A DNA stretch of 64,000 nucleotides from Paraspadella gotoi (Eukaryota > Animalia > Chaetognatha), in the NCBI GenBank assembly GCA_051294375.1, contig CM119265.1, positions 14,252,124-14,316,123 on the forward strand, in the 5' to 3' direction. Made by a program: the position numbers and the translations under genes. This document shows, one piece after another, positions 1 to 13,572 of this stretch; positions within the stretch are counted from its first letter, which is position 1; each line of letters opens with the position of its first letter. The notes beneath the pieces are model-generated. The model did not search any database. It saw nothing but the letters and a program-made list of their open reading frames with translations, and had not been told where the DNA came from.

Positions 1-3000
1 AAGATGAAGTTCCCAAAAGCCTTGCTTGAATAAGTCTCTCAATGCATACTTAAACATAATTTTGACCAGAAGATGAAACGCTTGTTCCTCTGGCATATGC
101 AAAAGCAGCGCTGCGGCTAGAAAGGACAAGCCTTGACAGTAACCAACCTGGTAAGAACAATTCTAACCTTTACGAAAAGTACGACTGTTTAAAAAGAAAT
201 TAATCTGGAATACCGACCTCCTCGTCATAGATCGAGTAGGCTTTACAGATTTTGTACAGAGCTTCTTGCCCAGCACTCCGCTCTCCGTCGGCCGATTCTT
301 TGAAAAAGTCGTTGGCCGGAAAAGTTCTATTGATGTCGCGCAGGATCGCTTGCTCGCATGATGATTCCTTAAAATTAACAAAAAAAAAAAGGGAATAAAC
401 ATTGAATAAAAAATATCTGAGACTGAATATCGAAATTAAAAAAAGTTGACCTTGGTAATCAAAATCCGATATGTATCCAACATATCGTGGTCGTCGTGGC
501 AACCGGCCAGCAGTTGCCAAACTTCTCCCCTGAGGGCCTCCGGAATGCCGCGCCGCGCTAGAGGGCGGAGCTGCTTTGGACGCTGATTTAGGTTCTGACG
601 CCAGTGGGCCAGCACCTGACCCCAGTCGAGCAGAATCGCCTCGGAACAATCCTTACTGACTTCTCCGGTGCCGCTCATAAGTGGCACTTCGTCATCTGGA
701 GTGAAAAAAAATTTAAATTAAGTAGAAGAAACGAAGGGATTCCGTGATCTGAAACTGACCGGATTCTGGGTCGTTGGGGGTCGAAACGGGTTCGGGGCCA
801 GCAGGGGCGGCGCCATTTTGAAGAGGAAGGCCGAGGGCTTTCCGTCGCTCGCGCTCGCTCGAAGACTGAAGCGAGACGACTTGCCATTTGTGTTTATCGC
901 TGGGTGAACCGGATTCTCCACCCTGCCGATGTGAAACCGACATTGTTGACGTTTTATGAGGAAAAACAATTGTCTTACTTTTCGTCTCAATCACAGTCAC
1001 CTCTTTTATAATGTCCTTGAGGGTCAAGTAGAAGAGTTCTTGATGGGGTTTTTTGCTGAAATACCAAAACCTTTCGTTTTGAGGAAAAATCTTGGCTTTG
1101 GTTTCGACGACGAAGCGGACGGGTTCGGGGATCCCGGCGACGACGAGGTCGATCGCCACCGTTAAAAACACGCGCGCGTCTTGAGAGAAAAAGTCATGTA
1201 ACAATTGAAAAATTAAATATTTTTAAATCGTTAAATCCTCTCTATTGGATACGGACCTCTGTAAGTCTCCGTGTTGAGGACCTGAAAGTCCGGTTTTGTG
1301 GGATCCCAAAATCCCGAAACTGAATAAGTCTTCCCGCCGCCGCTCTTGCCTCCCGGACCGACGAGGTAGCGGGGGGAGTGGTCAGAACCGCTGGCCGATG
1401 GATCGCTCGACGTAGCGAAGGTCACATCCTCTAACAAATTCATGTCGCTATACTTGACGTTGCGGCCGGGAGAAAGGAGGAGACCGAAGCAGCTGAAATT
1501 AGGCATTGTAAAATGCGATTAAAATGAACATTGATTCTATTTTTTTTAGGTGAATTTTATTCTGAATTTCCGTCATTTACCGTTCGACAACGAGGTCTTT
1601 GTTGGTGGTTTGAGTGACGGCGACAACTATTTTCTTGTTGACGTTGCACCTGAGCTTGAAGAGTTCGCGGTCGCGCGGCACAGCCACGAAGTTTCCCTTT
1701 CCATCCTCTTCGCGAAACTCCATCGTGACGGAAAAGGTGAAGAGGTTGTTGGGAGTGCCTTGGTTGAGAGGATAATGAAAACATCGGGAAAGAAGAAATG
1801 ACCAATTGACCACTAAGATTCGTGAATCCTAGTGCTTTTTCATCAACTGAATCGACTCAACGGAACGCACCAGGCACGTATCGGCCCTCAACGTTTGATC
1901 CAGTCGATTCGGCTTCTCTCGTTAACATTTTGGCATTGTTCCTGAAGGCGGTGGCGAAAGCAAGTAGTATTCCAGCCACGACATCAACGCCATTAGTCCT
2001 AAACGGAAATTTGCGGATATTGTTAACGGAGAAAGTAGCTCTGCAACTTCCCCATGAATTAAAAGTTAAATTTTAGTGCAGCCAACTCACTCGGCAACTC
2101 CACAATTATCAAGTTTTTTTAATCGGACGCATTAATGTTTCCTACCGACCTGATCACGTGGCACTGGAAGATGGTGTGTTGAGGGCCATCGCCGTGGGAG
2201 CAGGTAAAGGCGAAGCAGGCGGCCTCCGTCGAATCAATGTTGCCTCGGGCGCAGAAGAGGATCCGATGGATTCGATAGGAGGAAATCTCGACGTTAGTTT
2301 GAGGGTCCACGAGTCTGATGTGAGGGGAATGAGGAGTGGGAAAGAAGAGTAGGATAGAAGAGTCCAGGATAGAAGAGCTGGAAAACTGTCACGAGCGAGC
2401 TTACTGGACGATGCCGTCGGCGTTGTCCGGGACGACCAGGTTGACGACTATTGCACATTTGGACTCGGAGTTCATCACGGCCATGTTTTTGTAGATCTCT
2501 TCCTCCGTTTTGGGGGCGAGAATGGAGGCGGACCCGAGATAAGTCACGCGGGGAAAAACGGCGCAATTCGGAGGAGGATCCTCACCTGGACGACAAATGT
2601 CAATTGGTAATATACGAGTTGGAAAATATAAATAGCGGGAAATGATTGTAGCCCAGAAGCCTACTGTGTAACTTCTTAACTTAGTACATACAGGGACTTC
2701 AATCTGGATTGATACGAATAATATAATCAAAACGAGGAGCAATCAGGTTATAAATTTTTTTCATACTAATAAAAAAAATTTTTTCCTACCATTTTGTAAT
2801 TTGTTATTTGTAATTCTAGCTAGGATACTTTCTATGTTATAAACAAGAAGGTAAATTTCTGAAGAAGAATTTTTTACTTTAAAATTTTTACTTTGAAAGT
2901 GGATCTTACTATCAATCCTTTAGTTCCCATTAAAACAATTGAATTTTTTTTCATGCTTCATTTTTATGATTAATAAGAGACTGTAGTAAATGTATCGCAA

Positions 3001-4510
3001 ATCAGAAAAAAAATCTAATAAGTATAGTGATCTCGCCAGACATTACTATCAAAGAAAATTAATGAAAAAATCCGAAAAAAAAACCAAATTATTGATGCGA
3101 TAACGAATTATTGGTATAATAATAATAGATTGATGTAATAATAATAGACTGATAAATAGTAATAACCAAATATTAATGCGATGATAACTAAATATTGATG
3201 CGATGAAAACCAAATGATGCGATAAACAATAATTTATGCGATGATAACCAAATGATTGATGTAATGATAAACAAATGATTGATGCGATGATAATTATTGA
3301 TTGACGCGATGAATCATTCATTGTAAATAAAAACAAAAGCGTGTGAGTGATAGAAAAGAGAGAGAGAGAAAGAGCGAATGGATAATTTTTATATTGTTGT
3401 ACCAATTTCATATAATTAAAAGTCCAGCCGCTGCAGAGCTTCACTCGTTTTTAGACGAATCAGAAGAGGCAGCGACGGAGAAAAAGAGAACGACATAAAT
3501 AAAAAAGAAAGAAAGAGCGATAAAACATAATTCGTAATAGTTTTTATATAAAAATTGTTTTGTAAATAAAACAAACAAATGAGTGTAACAATATGAAACA
3601 TGTAAATCAAAAAGATCTTGCTGATTAGAAGCTATATCTAAATTTTTAACTTCCCAAGGTTACACACTTTTACAATTTTCAATTGTAAAAAAGCGTAACG
3701 ACAACGACGGTCACAAAGAAGCAGAAGTGAACCAACATCTCGCCCATTACGTTTTCCCTTTAAAATCTATTAAAAATAAAATTTTTAGTTTGGGGGAAAA
3801 AAAATTTAGGAAAGAACACTGTTGATAAATAATAGTTAACATATTAAATAAGTTTACGTTTACATTTTTTAAAAATAATAATAAATTACCGATCTGACTT
3901 TTTATCACCAAATTTTTTTATTTTTATACCAGATAACTTTACAATCGTTAAATTGTTAAAAACTTAAAATTTGGACAAAAAAGAAAAGTGACTCCGCGCT
4001 TGAGAGCCACTGTGCTTATACTATTAGGAAATTTGAACATTTTTTTTAGGTCAACATAAACGTCAAAAAGTTTTTTAACTAATAAATGTTATAAAAATAA
4101 TATACAAGGAAAAAATTACGAGTTTAATCAAGTCTTTGTATCTCTCCAGATTGAAGTCCCTGTCGAAAATATAATGTACTTACTAGGAACGGGGGCTGAA
4201 AGAGCATGCGCTCCAAGAGGATCCGCGACCGAAGGTGCGTCGCCGAGGGGAGGGTTCTCTCCCAAGACTTCCTTCATGGTGTCTTCCAAGCCGTCTATGG
4301 TGCCGTTGCCTTAATATAAGTTCGTTCCAGGTTTACCCAACGCAAAAAAATATATCAAACAAGGGCAAATCGGTTTCAAGATCAATGAAAATTCTCACCG
4401 GATATTTTTAATTTCGGCTCGGTTTCCCTGTCCCCGTGGGAAACGAAACAATATTCTGAATCCAGATTGAATTCTTGGGAAAACTGGGAAAGGGTGTCCG
4501 GTTCAGCCAT
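1..4510 (-). CDS. RABGAP1: Rab GTPase-activating protein 1-like (PTB + DUF3694 + TBC domains), 5' part; truncated by the window edge
   Basis: Phase-consistent exons from ATG 4510 ([24 protein letters not shown]; 4510-4399, 4309-4184, 2585-2404 and onward). PTB segment (VTYLGSA...[12 protein letters not shown]), [22 protein letters not shown], and TBC motifs ([48 protein letters not shown]). Confidence 0.93.
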
Positions 4511-5103
4511 CGTCACCGAATTTAGTTTCTCTCATCGTTTTGACCCTCCACTACGATACCGGAGTTCTCTTTAAACCGTTCACAGTCAAGTTTTCTTTTA
4601 TATGCGTGAAATCATTCTTTTGTGTTTGAGCTACCCTAGGCGCATTTTACGATTTTTCTCGTTTAGAGGCTGTGTAACACGAAAAAAAATAAATTGCAAC
4701 GCTTGAAAGGTCAAAAAAAAAATATTTGTAATTTAGTGACTAGTCAGAGTAAACACAACTTAACTATATCGACCACCGACAATCTCATCATGAAATTTAA
4801 TGTGTAAAAGAATAGAGAAAAGAATGGAAGTAACGAAAAGTAAAAACATCTGAGGACGATACCTATTATTTAAACTAGAATCACAAGACTAATAAGATTT
4901 GTAAAATTGAAAATATCAAGATTTTGTCTTTTGGTTTCAAAAATATAGTGAAACAACATTAAGAAAATAAAATAAATGTTGACTACATATAAAAATTCTA
5001 CTAATAGTCTGTTTACATAAAACTGATAACAAAAACGAATAAAAGTCACCCGAATGCCCATCAAGCTCAGACACCAAACAAAATTTAAAAATTAGATTAT
5101 AGT

Positions 5104-8100
5104 TTACTCTTTTTCGGGCATTGTACAAACATCGTGAATCGCTTTGGCAACGTAATCCACGTTCTTGGTGGTGAGGCCCGCCATGTTGATTCTACCAGAA
5201 CTTAGCAAGTAGATATGGTATTTCTCTGTGAGGACGCGGCATTGATACGGATTCAAGCCAGTGTAGGTAAACATCCCTTTCTGCTGAACGACGTGATCCC
5301 ACTTTCCTGGAGTGCCGAGCTGGACAAGCTTCTCGTTGAGGAGACGACGGACGAGAAGAATCCGAGTGGCGATGGTTTTAACGTTTTCGCGCCACTCCGC
5401 GGCGAAAGCTTCGTTGCCCAGTACGGTGGCGACGATCCTGGCTCCGTGATTTGGGGGGTTCGACCACATGGGTCTGACGATGATTTCTATTTGGCTTTGG
5501 ACATTGTTCACGACCTCGTTTCCCTCCGTAACGGCCGATTCGGCCAGAACTACGGTGAGGCATCCAGCGCGTTCGTTGTATAGGCCAAAATTTTTGGCGA
5601 AGGATTGGGCGATGAGCATTTCGAAGCCTTCGTCGACAAAGTAGCGGAGGACGGTGGCGTCCTCGTCGACGTCTCCGGTACCAAATCCCAAATACGCGCA
5701 ATCAAAAAAAGGAAAGTGCCCTTTATCGCGAATTGTCGCCGCAATCTCTTTCCACTGATCCATATCGGGATCAACGCCCGTCGGATTGTGGCAGCAACCG
5801 TGCAGCAGTACGACTGCCCCATCAGGGCTCTGCCTCAAATCCTCCAACATGCCCTCAAGATCCAGGCAGCGGTTAGCCTCGTCCCAATAACGATAGCTGC
5901 CGATGTTGGCGAATCCGCAATCTTTAAAGATAGTATTGTGATTTGCCCACGTAGGCTTCGAGCAGAGAACGGAGTCGACGCCGCCAAAACGCTTTAGAAA
6001 CTCGGCTCCAATGCGCAGGGCACCGGTGCCACTTAGCGCTTGAATCCCGAAGGCTCGGTTTTGCGTTAGCGCAGGAGAATTGGATCCCAGCGATAATTGC
6101 ACGGCCAATTCTCGAAAGAGAGGGAGACCAGCGACCGGCAGATACTCGTGATTTAAAGTTCTGTCAGCCGCCATTAATTCTTCAACCTGAAAAGTATTGC
6201 AACAGATTACTCGGTTGTCATTCACTAAAACATCGACTTGCGTTTCAGTTCGAGAACGTAATTAGAGATACAGGGCCCTGCCCTGGGGCGGTAAAAAAAA
6301 AAAGGCTAAATATCATTATTTTTTTTAAATATTTTAGTAGCAACAGGTAAAAAATTACAAATTCTCTTCTCTCAAACAAATTGGGAATACGCAGCGCCCA
6401 TGCCGACAGCGCTCCAGCCTTTGTCTCTTCCATCCTGCAGACCAAGTTACTCGTAAGTCGACTGGTTTCGCCCCTTACCTGTCAGCGAGACCACACTCCA
6501 CCTGCTCAGCTTGATTACTCAATCACTCAAAAATACCTTTCCCGACGTGTGGACGAAGCTAGGTTGAAAAACCTTAAGTCAAAGGCTCTGGATGAGCGCT
6601 TTCGAGCCGTCTGCTCAGAACTGGAGACTTCCTCCATGTAATCCCTTCACCTGCCATTTGTTTGCGCCTACCTCCCAAATCCTTCATCATGGCTGTCAAC
6701 TACCGTTTGGGGCTCCCCATCTTTCCATCCCCTGGTCTCTGCCTATCCTGTGACAGACCTTTTGACATCTATAGAGACCACGCCATTTTCGGGATGCCAC
6801 TGTCTAGACTGCTTCAGCAGCCCTACTTGCGCCCACCAAAGAAGAAAGGAACTTGGAGGATGCCTCTAGACCAGGGGATTTCACCATCCGTGGTTGGAAA
6901 AGATGTCAGAACAAGACCACCACAGCTTTTGATGTTACTGTCACGTCCCCCCTTCGCCAGGACTGTTTTGGTCATACCATCATCAACGGAATGGACCTAT
7001 AAACGGACTTGGTTGGCCTAGTGATATGATTGCTCGTCTCCTTCACGAATCATCAGAATGCCGACGAATCACAGACCTTACTTCAACCTTAGAATGACCA
7101 ATGACCGACAGAGGAACCGACGGAGGGATTGATGGTCAAAATTGCTAAGAGAACTCTAGGCATTCACCTCTAGACCCAAACTCAAGAAAGAACTCTTCTT
7201 CAAATAATTATTGAACTGTTTAATATTGTCATCACCTTTGTCTTAACTTTTGTCATCGTGTCATCGTTACCTATGTCATCACCCTAATCATTGTCCGTCA
7301 TTAATAAACTATTGTCAACCAAATACTTTGTCACTTATTATTTACCCTCGTTATTTGACTAAACGTCAACGCCATCCTCAACCCCACATATGCCCTGGAA
7401 CGAGCTCGTCAGGCCAAACATGCTAAGTACGAAGGCAAACTGCCGGCCGACGTTGGCTTCATCCCTTTGGTTGTTACTACCTTCGGGGCATGGGAGCTGG
7501 ATGCTTTCTCAAACCAAAAAGACTTTGCCAAACTCTAAGCAACGAATGCAGGCTTTAGATATCGGCAAAACGTCTAAGCACTTTTTTGAAAGACTGTCTG
7601 CCTTCAGCGCGAGAATGGGGACCTGCTCGCTTCCCGAAGTCCCGTGATTGAGTTGCTGTCTCATGTGGACGGAGTTGCTTGACTTTGTCTCCCGATCTCT
7701 TTTTCTTTTTTATTTTCCTTTTTTGTTCACGTTTATTGTTAACATAAGATATTTTTGCAACCATTCCCGCAATTATTTGTTTGCCCTGTTTTCTTTTCAG
7801 AAAAAAAAAGAAGAAAAAAAATAAATAAAAAAAAATTTCCTAAACGCAACGATTTCACACAATAAACCATGATGAATATAAATGTAATACTCGCCTTGTT
7901 GACGATAGGAAAAACCCATGGATTTTCTTCTTCGTCACGGTAGGCGCCAACGGAAAGATTTACCTTCATTTCTACCGGGTCTTCCGAGTATCTAAGAGGT
8001 AGTGTTAAATTATTTTCAAACGTAGTGTAAAAATTTACTTCAAAATTTACTATCACACCTATTACTTAATTCTTTTATACCTTATGACTTTAGATTATGA

Positions 8101-8240
8101 CATAATCAATATTAACAAATAACTATGAACTACAGCAGAAACAGTTACGAACAATGTCTAAAATTGACCAACCTTCGGGCTACTGCGAAAACCTCGATTT
8201 CTTTGGCTTTTGGGACCTCTTTGAATCTTGTTTGCGACAT
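5104..8240 (-). CDS. GOT1: Cytosolic aspartate aminotransferase, 3 exons (8240-8173, 7991-7895, 6186-5104)
   Basis: MSQTRFKEVPKAKEIEVF / KVNLSVGAYRDEEENPWVFPIVNK / VEELMAADRTLNHEYLP, GTGALRIG, HNPTG, and the PLP lysine motif SFAKNFGLYNER. No mitochondrial presequence. Intron 2 has a GC donor. Confidence 0.95.
6381..7835 (+). mobile_element. Decayed, 5'-truncated CRE-like non-LTR retrotransposon (zinc knuckle + restriction-like endonuclease) in GOT1 intron 2
   Basis: Frameshifted translation contains LGIRSA, YRLGLP, CLSCDRPFDIYRDHA, RPGD, TAFDVTVTSP, AKHAKY and FIPLVVTTFGAW. A-rich tail at ~7800-7835. Near-identical 3' end at 20037-20400. Confidence 0.8.
6989..7365 (+). mobile_element. LINE 3'-end fragment nested in the CRE-like element
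   Basis: Flanked by a TCAACG direct repeat (6983-6988 / 7366-7371); removing it restores the RLE frame (HTIIN|AILNP). Degenerate W.KL.REL...KLKKELFF C-terminus and AATAAA near 7303. Confidence 0.55.
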
Positions 8241-9526
8241 TTTGAAATTGGATATTTCTTGAAGTGTTTCCAATAAGCTTTATTCAATGGAAGCCTTCAA
8301 AACTGCAGTACAAAAAAGATTCGATTCAAACTTAAAATATTATTGATATGGCGCCTCGCAATTGGGTGTGCACTGTGCATTTGACAAAAATTGAAAAATA
8401 TGGAAATGTAAAAAATATTATGCCATCAGTAAATCTCTTTGACAGAACTAAAAAATAAAAAATAAGCTTTCGTTATTTTTTTTAAAATGATGTGCGAGGG
8501 AAAAAAAGCTCAGATCTAAAAATAATTTTTTTAGTAAAATAAAAATGATTAGACAAAGAATTGATGAAATTCGTCAAAGAAAAAAAATTTAAGCTATAAA
8601 TTAGAATTTGTCATTCGGCCAGCTTGTGATTAACGCTGAAGAGTTAATTCGAGTTTCTGAACGTGGATAACGTCGTAGGGACTTCTGTGCGCGAATAGTT
8701 TGTACATCAGAATTTAAAGATTACTTTTTATAATAACGGTTATATTCGAATAACGCCATGTACTATATGCTAATAAACCAAGATCCATAAACAATTAGTT
8801 GCAACAAGGCAAATTGAGATCATATCTAATGGACTACTATTTATCAACTAGAAAATTGGCTCACCAAATAGGCTAATTCGTAATGTCCATGAAAAAAAAA
8901 AGCACGAGCCGTCAAAAACCTATTACGGAGTAGACTTAGGTAGCATCTCAGTGTGTAAGAAGTAAACTTTATAATTTAAACTTAGTAATTATATGACGTG
9001 CTTTCTCTGATGTGATGACTTAGTGACGATTGGAACAAGAACGGGAAAAAATTTCAAAAAAGGTTAGATATTCCCAAGCTAGAGCAAAAAGGATAAAAAA
9101 AATAGAGATAAAGAAGAGTTAAAGAACATGGGGCCATGGGTGTCAAAAAAAAAGGATAAAAGTAAAGGGAATCAAATTAGTATAAAATAACAGAAGAGCC
9201 CTCCATCCATTGTGACTGTGATACTTTTTAAAAATAAAAGCTGGTGTAAATCTTTTAACTTTTTGGTTTTTGAAAGTAACGAAGGATTTTGTAACTACGG
9301 ACTACATGACACAAACAACAACACAAAGACGAATTAGACAGAGATCACAGACGCAAAAAAACCAAACATGGTGGCATAATCTATAATATCGAACTGGAAT
9401 CAATCCTGTCAATAATATTTAGTTTTTTAGCCCTTACAGAAAAACCAAAGCCGATACTGTATACTGTATATACTGTATAGTGTATATACTATAAGTAGTG
9501 AACAGAATATTAAAATACGATCGAAA

Positions 9527-12500
9527 TCAAACGCAGTCATGCCATTCATTAACTTTATCGTTTTCGGAACTACATTCGGAACAAGCAGATCGAACGCTAC
9601 TCGTGGAAGAACGTGATGGCGATGAAGAAACTGAAATGGAGAGATTTACTTATTATTTTTCTGAGCGACTCCAACTTCAAAACGGAAATTGCATGCTTAC
9701 CTTTTCTAGTTTCACTCTTGCTTGGAGTGGCCAGGGCGATACCGCTGTCGTTCGGCAAATCGCCTTCATCCACGAGCTTAGCATTCGTTCCATTCGACGC
9801 GGCGACGCCAAGGGAGCAGAGAGCGCCGCCAGGAGCCGACTTCCGGCGACTTTGAAGACTAGAAGTGGAGGAGGCGACGGCGTCGAGGTCGTCACCATTA
9901 TAAACTAGGTCGTTAAATTTAGGATAGGTTTATGAATGTATTCAATCATTATATTATTTAACTTTACTTCTATATATGCACAAATTAACTGACTTTTGAC
10001 TTTTAAAGAAAGCTATAGATGCCACCTTGCCAAAGGGAATAATAGATAATAATCATTGCTTATTGTAAAGGAAGCGATTTAATCTATTTTGTTCCTATGG
10101 GGTAATGTTTGCGTATTGCATAAAATAACAGCATGACAATTTCTCGTTTCTCTTACCTGGGAATGTAAATTGGTCCGAATCAAAATCATTTGGACTAACT
10201 TCACCGCCCTCGCTACCAACGTCAGGTGAAGTGGCGCCATCGAGTATGTGACCTATTTTTCGCAACGCAGAATGAATACGAAAGTGCAGTCGTGATTCCA
10301 AACTGTATCCCTTGTAATGATCACGCGCCCGTTCCAGAAAAGCGCGGGCCTGTGAGAACCCGATTTATTAGCTAAAGTAAGGGAAAGAAAAAAAAAGCTT
10401 TTGTCCTACCTGCTCAAAAATTTCAAACTGAAAATATAAAAATCCTAATTCTGCTGTGGCGTAAGGTAGTAGATACACCATTTCGTTTTTCAACTTTTTG
10501 TGGTTCTGAAGGATCTGAAAAAAAATTTAGGAACATCAAAAAGATTTTAAAATCTCATCTCCACTTTATTTAATATTTAATAATGCCAACCTCCTGGTAA
10601 CGAGTCTCTGATTCACCAAAATTCCCAAGATATTTGTGGCATAGACCGCCTAAAAGAAGGCACAAGCACTTGTCCTCGACGTAGGACTCAGAATCTAGAT
10701 TTAAAGAAGCCATTGTTGCTTCCACCCGGGAAAGAACAGGCCTAATCAATAGCTCGGGGCGCGAACCTGTTAAAATATTTTTTGTGTTAAATATTTGAAT
10801 ATAATATTATTTATCTTTAATTTCTTAACGATATCTCACCCAAAATGCTAAAACCATTCCACACGTAAATAAGCTCGTAGCCGGGAAGAATCAGCCGGTT
10901 TCCCTGCGCCTGGAACCGCTTTACTTTCCGGACGGCGAATTTCTCAAAGGGAAGGGATTTCCCAGCGATTCGCTGCGTCATCGTGGGCACGGCACGCATC
11001 AACGCCGCCACATGGTCGTGCCCACGCGTGGCGGAAGGAAGTTCAGATTCAACCATAATCAAAAATGAGGCTTTGTGATAAGCGTAAGTGGCAGGACTCC
11101 ATCGACTCTCTTGTCCAAGTTTCTCCGCGTACTTCATAGCCAGCAGCCAGTCTCCTTTGAAGCTGAAGCACCACATCAACTCCCAAAAGCAGATATGATG
11201 AAACTGGAAGAAACGTAGTCGTCGCGCGTGGAACGATTTCTTCGTTATTAAAAGTTTGGCAAAGCTCTTACTTGCTGCCAATGTGACTGAGAGTCGATGG
11301 AAGCTTCAAAATTTTCAATTGCGGCATCGAGATTTCCTCGCATTTCTTCCAGTCTTCCGGAGAAAAATAGGAAGAGAGCTCCTTGGGGGTATTTCTTCAT
11401 GACCTTCTCCAAGACGCTGGAGGCGAAGTCGAGGTCACCGTCCCCATCACCGACAACGTAAGAGATGAGCGTGTGGTAGGCGAGGAGAATAGTGGCGCAC
11501 AATGAAGACCGTAAACTCGACTCCATCAAAAAACCTTCTTCCAACTGTTTTAACCCCCAAGATTTATTGCCTGAAAACAAAGTAAAAAACACATTAGAAG
11601 TTGTTATTTGAAGTTGGTGATTTTTCTAGTCGTCGTCAAAACAAACCAGAAAAGCCAGCGAACTCCAAAAGCTTCATGATTCGGGCGGGTAAAAGAGAGA
11701 TCATGAGGTTGAAGGAGCCAACGCCCATCTTGACGCCGCTGTCAAAGTGCATCTTCGAGAGGGACTCGTTAGATGCGGCCTCGGCGGCGCCCTCCGTCTC
11801 GGCGTTCCAGACGCGGTGACGAAAAATTCGGAGGCATTCTTTGTACGACTGGTAGCAGGATCTAATCTTAAGGGCGCCTTTGATAAAACTAACCAGGTTT
11901 TCGTCTTGGATGAACGTCAAGAAAGATCGGAGCAAGAGGCACTCTGCGTAGACGAGTTCTGCGTGAATTTCGAGATCTGTAAAAAAAAAAAAAAAAAAAA
12001 AATTAGGACTTTTTATTTTATTATGTTGCCAATTTCCCGAAATCCACATAGAAAATAGAAGGTCGGAAAGAAACATCAAAGATAATCTCATTACGTCATG
12101 ACATTCATATCTAATAGATATTATCTATTGACATGTTTAAAAATTTCATATTAAAAGTCTTTGACAATCGATTTACAAACAAACCTGTTAACATCATGAT
12201 AAAACGGACCTGTTAATTGACTGTATTCTTTCTTTTGAGCATGAGCTTGAGCTGATTGTCTCTCCGCCCCAGCTCCCAAGGATCCAAACCCGGTCGTTCT
12301 CTGCATCGCTTTCGACAATGAAGAAGATAGTGAGGACGTCAACGATGTGTGTCTTCGATGAAGTTGACACAATTCGAGGCAGTGTTTCGTCGCAGCTATG
12401 GCAGCATCTATGTCGTTGGCCTCGAACGTCATAACAGCCTGTGAAGGAAAGTTAAAAGGTAAAAAAATCCTTTTAAAGGTCACAACACATCGCAACTACC

Positions 12501-12667
12501 TGAAGATAAAGGATTCCGCAATATCCCAGCGAATGATAAATACTAGAAGAGGCAAAGGGCTCCGTTATAGCTTTCGCCTCGCCGAATTTGTTGTTTAAAA
12601 ATAGATCTAAGGCGCGTTGAGTCTCCGCCATCCCCTTCATCAAATCGGCTTGAGCAGTCATAGTCAT
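9527..12667 (-). CDS. TTC39B: Tetratricopeptide repeat protein 39 family (TTC39A/B-like), about 10 exons, with a C-terminal extension; the true start may lie in an upstream exon (~12710-12830)
   Basis: ALDLFLNNKF, HAELVYAECLL, HFDSGVKMGVGSFNLMISLLPARI, QFHHICFWELMWC, RIAGKSLPFEKFA, YKGYSLESRLHFRIH. Two further in-phase exons (~9905-9701, ~9630-9527) end in EWHDCV*. Confidence 0.88.
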
Positions 12668-13191
12668 GGGCTTATTATTATGTAATGCGATAAAAGACTA
12701 ATGTCTATATACTGCGTTTCCAACGACCGCTTGAAGTTTCGTTTTGGATATCTCCATGTGAAGTGCCGACAGGAGCTTGGGTGTCTATCTTTTCGCCAGT
12801 GTTTGGCCCCAGTCTCCAGTATCTTACGCGCATTCTCAAAACAAATTAAAATAAGCATACAGATTACAGAGCAAGAAAAAAGTTTAAACAAATAACTTAA
12901 ATGTAAGTAGAAAAGAGTAGAAAGAAGTTTATTTAAAGCCTTAAGAGGAAAAAACTGTCTGTTGAGTCAACAGTGTTGACAGTAAGTTTGTTTATTCAAA
13001 AATTTACGGATTTAATACTTGTTTAATCTAAATTACCAATTATAGAAAATGAGGGGGGGTTGTGAGCAAAATCCGCAAAAACTACTGGATCAAATAAATT
13101 GAAATTTGCTATGAACGATCCTTATGTTAATACAAATACAAGGAGAAATATCGAGGCGAATTTCAATATTTGAGCCGAGATATGGACCTGG

Positions 13192-13572
13192 GGTTCTAGT
13201 TGGTTGGCGACTTCGCCATGGCGATATTCGCCAGGGCTTTGACGATGTCGCCAGTCCCCCCACCAGTGATAAAAAGTAGCGAATATAATGAAAAGCGCAG
13301 CAACACGGGGTTGAACATCACCTACGGGCTCCTCTCCCAACCCTAACCCTAAACAGACCTCCCGTTCAACTCTGTGCCTCTCCCCTAACCAGGGCCTCCC
13401 GTACATCTCCGTGCCTCAACCTTAACACTAACCGCCTTCGATGCATCAACCACGGACCCTCCCCAACCCTAACACTAAACCGAGCCTCCCGTTCAACTCG
13501 TGCCTCTCCCCTAACCCTAACCCAGGCCGGGGCCTCCCGTACATCTGGCGATATCGCCAACCAACTAGAACC
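13192..13572. mobile_element. Fold-back/MITE-like element with terminal inverted repeats and internal CCCTAA-rich tandem units
   Basis: Inverted arms ggttctagttggttggcgacttcgcca ... tggcgatatcgccaaccaactagaacc; duplicated internal unit ctcccgttcaactc..gtgcctctcccctaacc. Confidence 0.6.
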
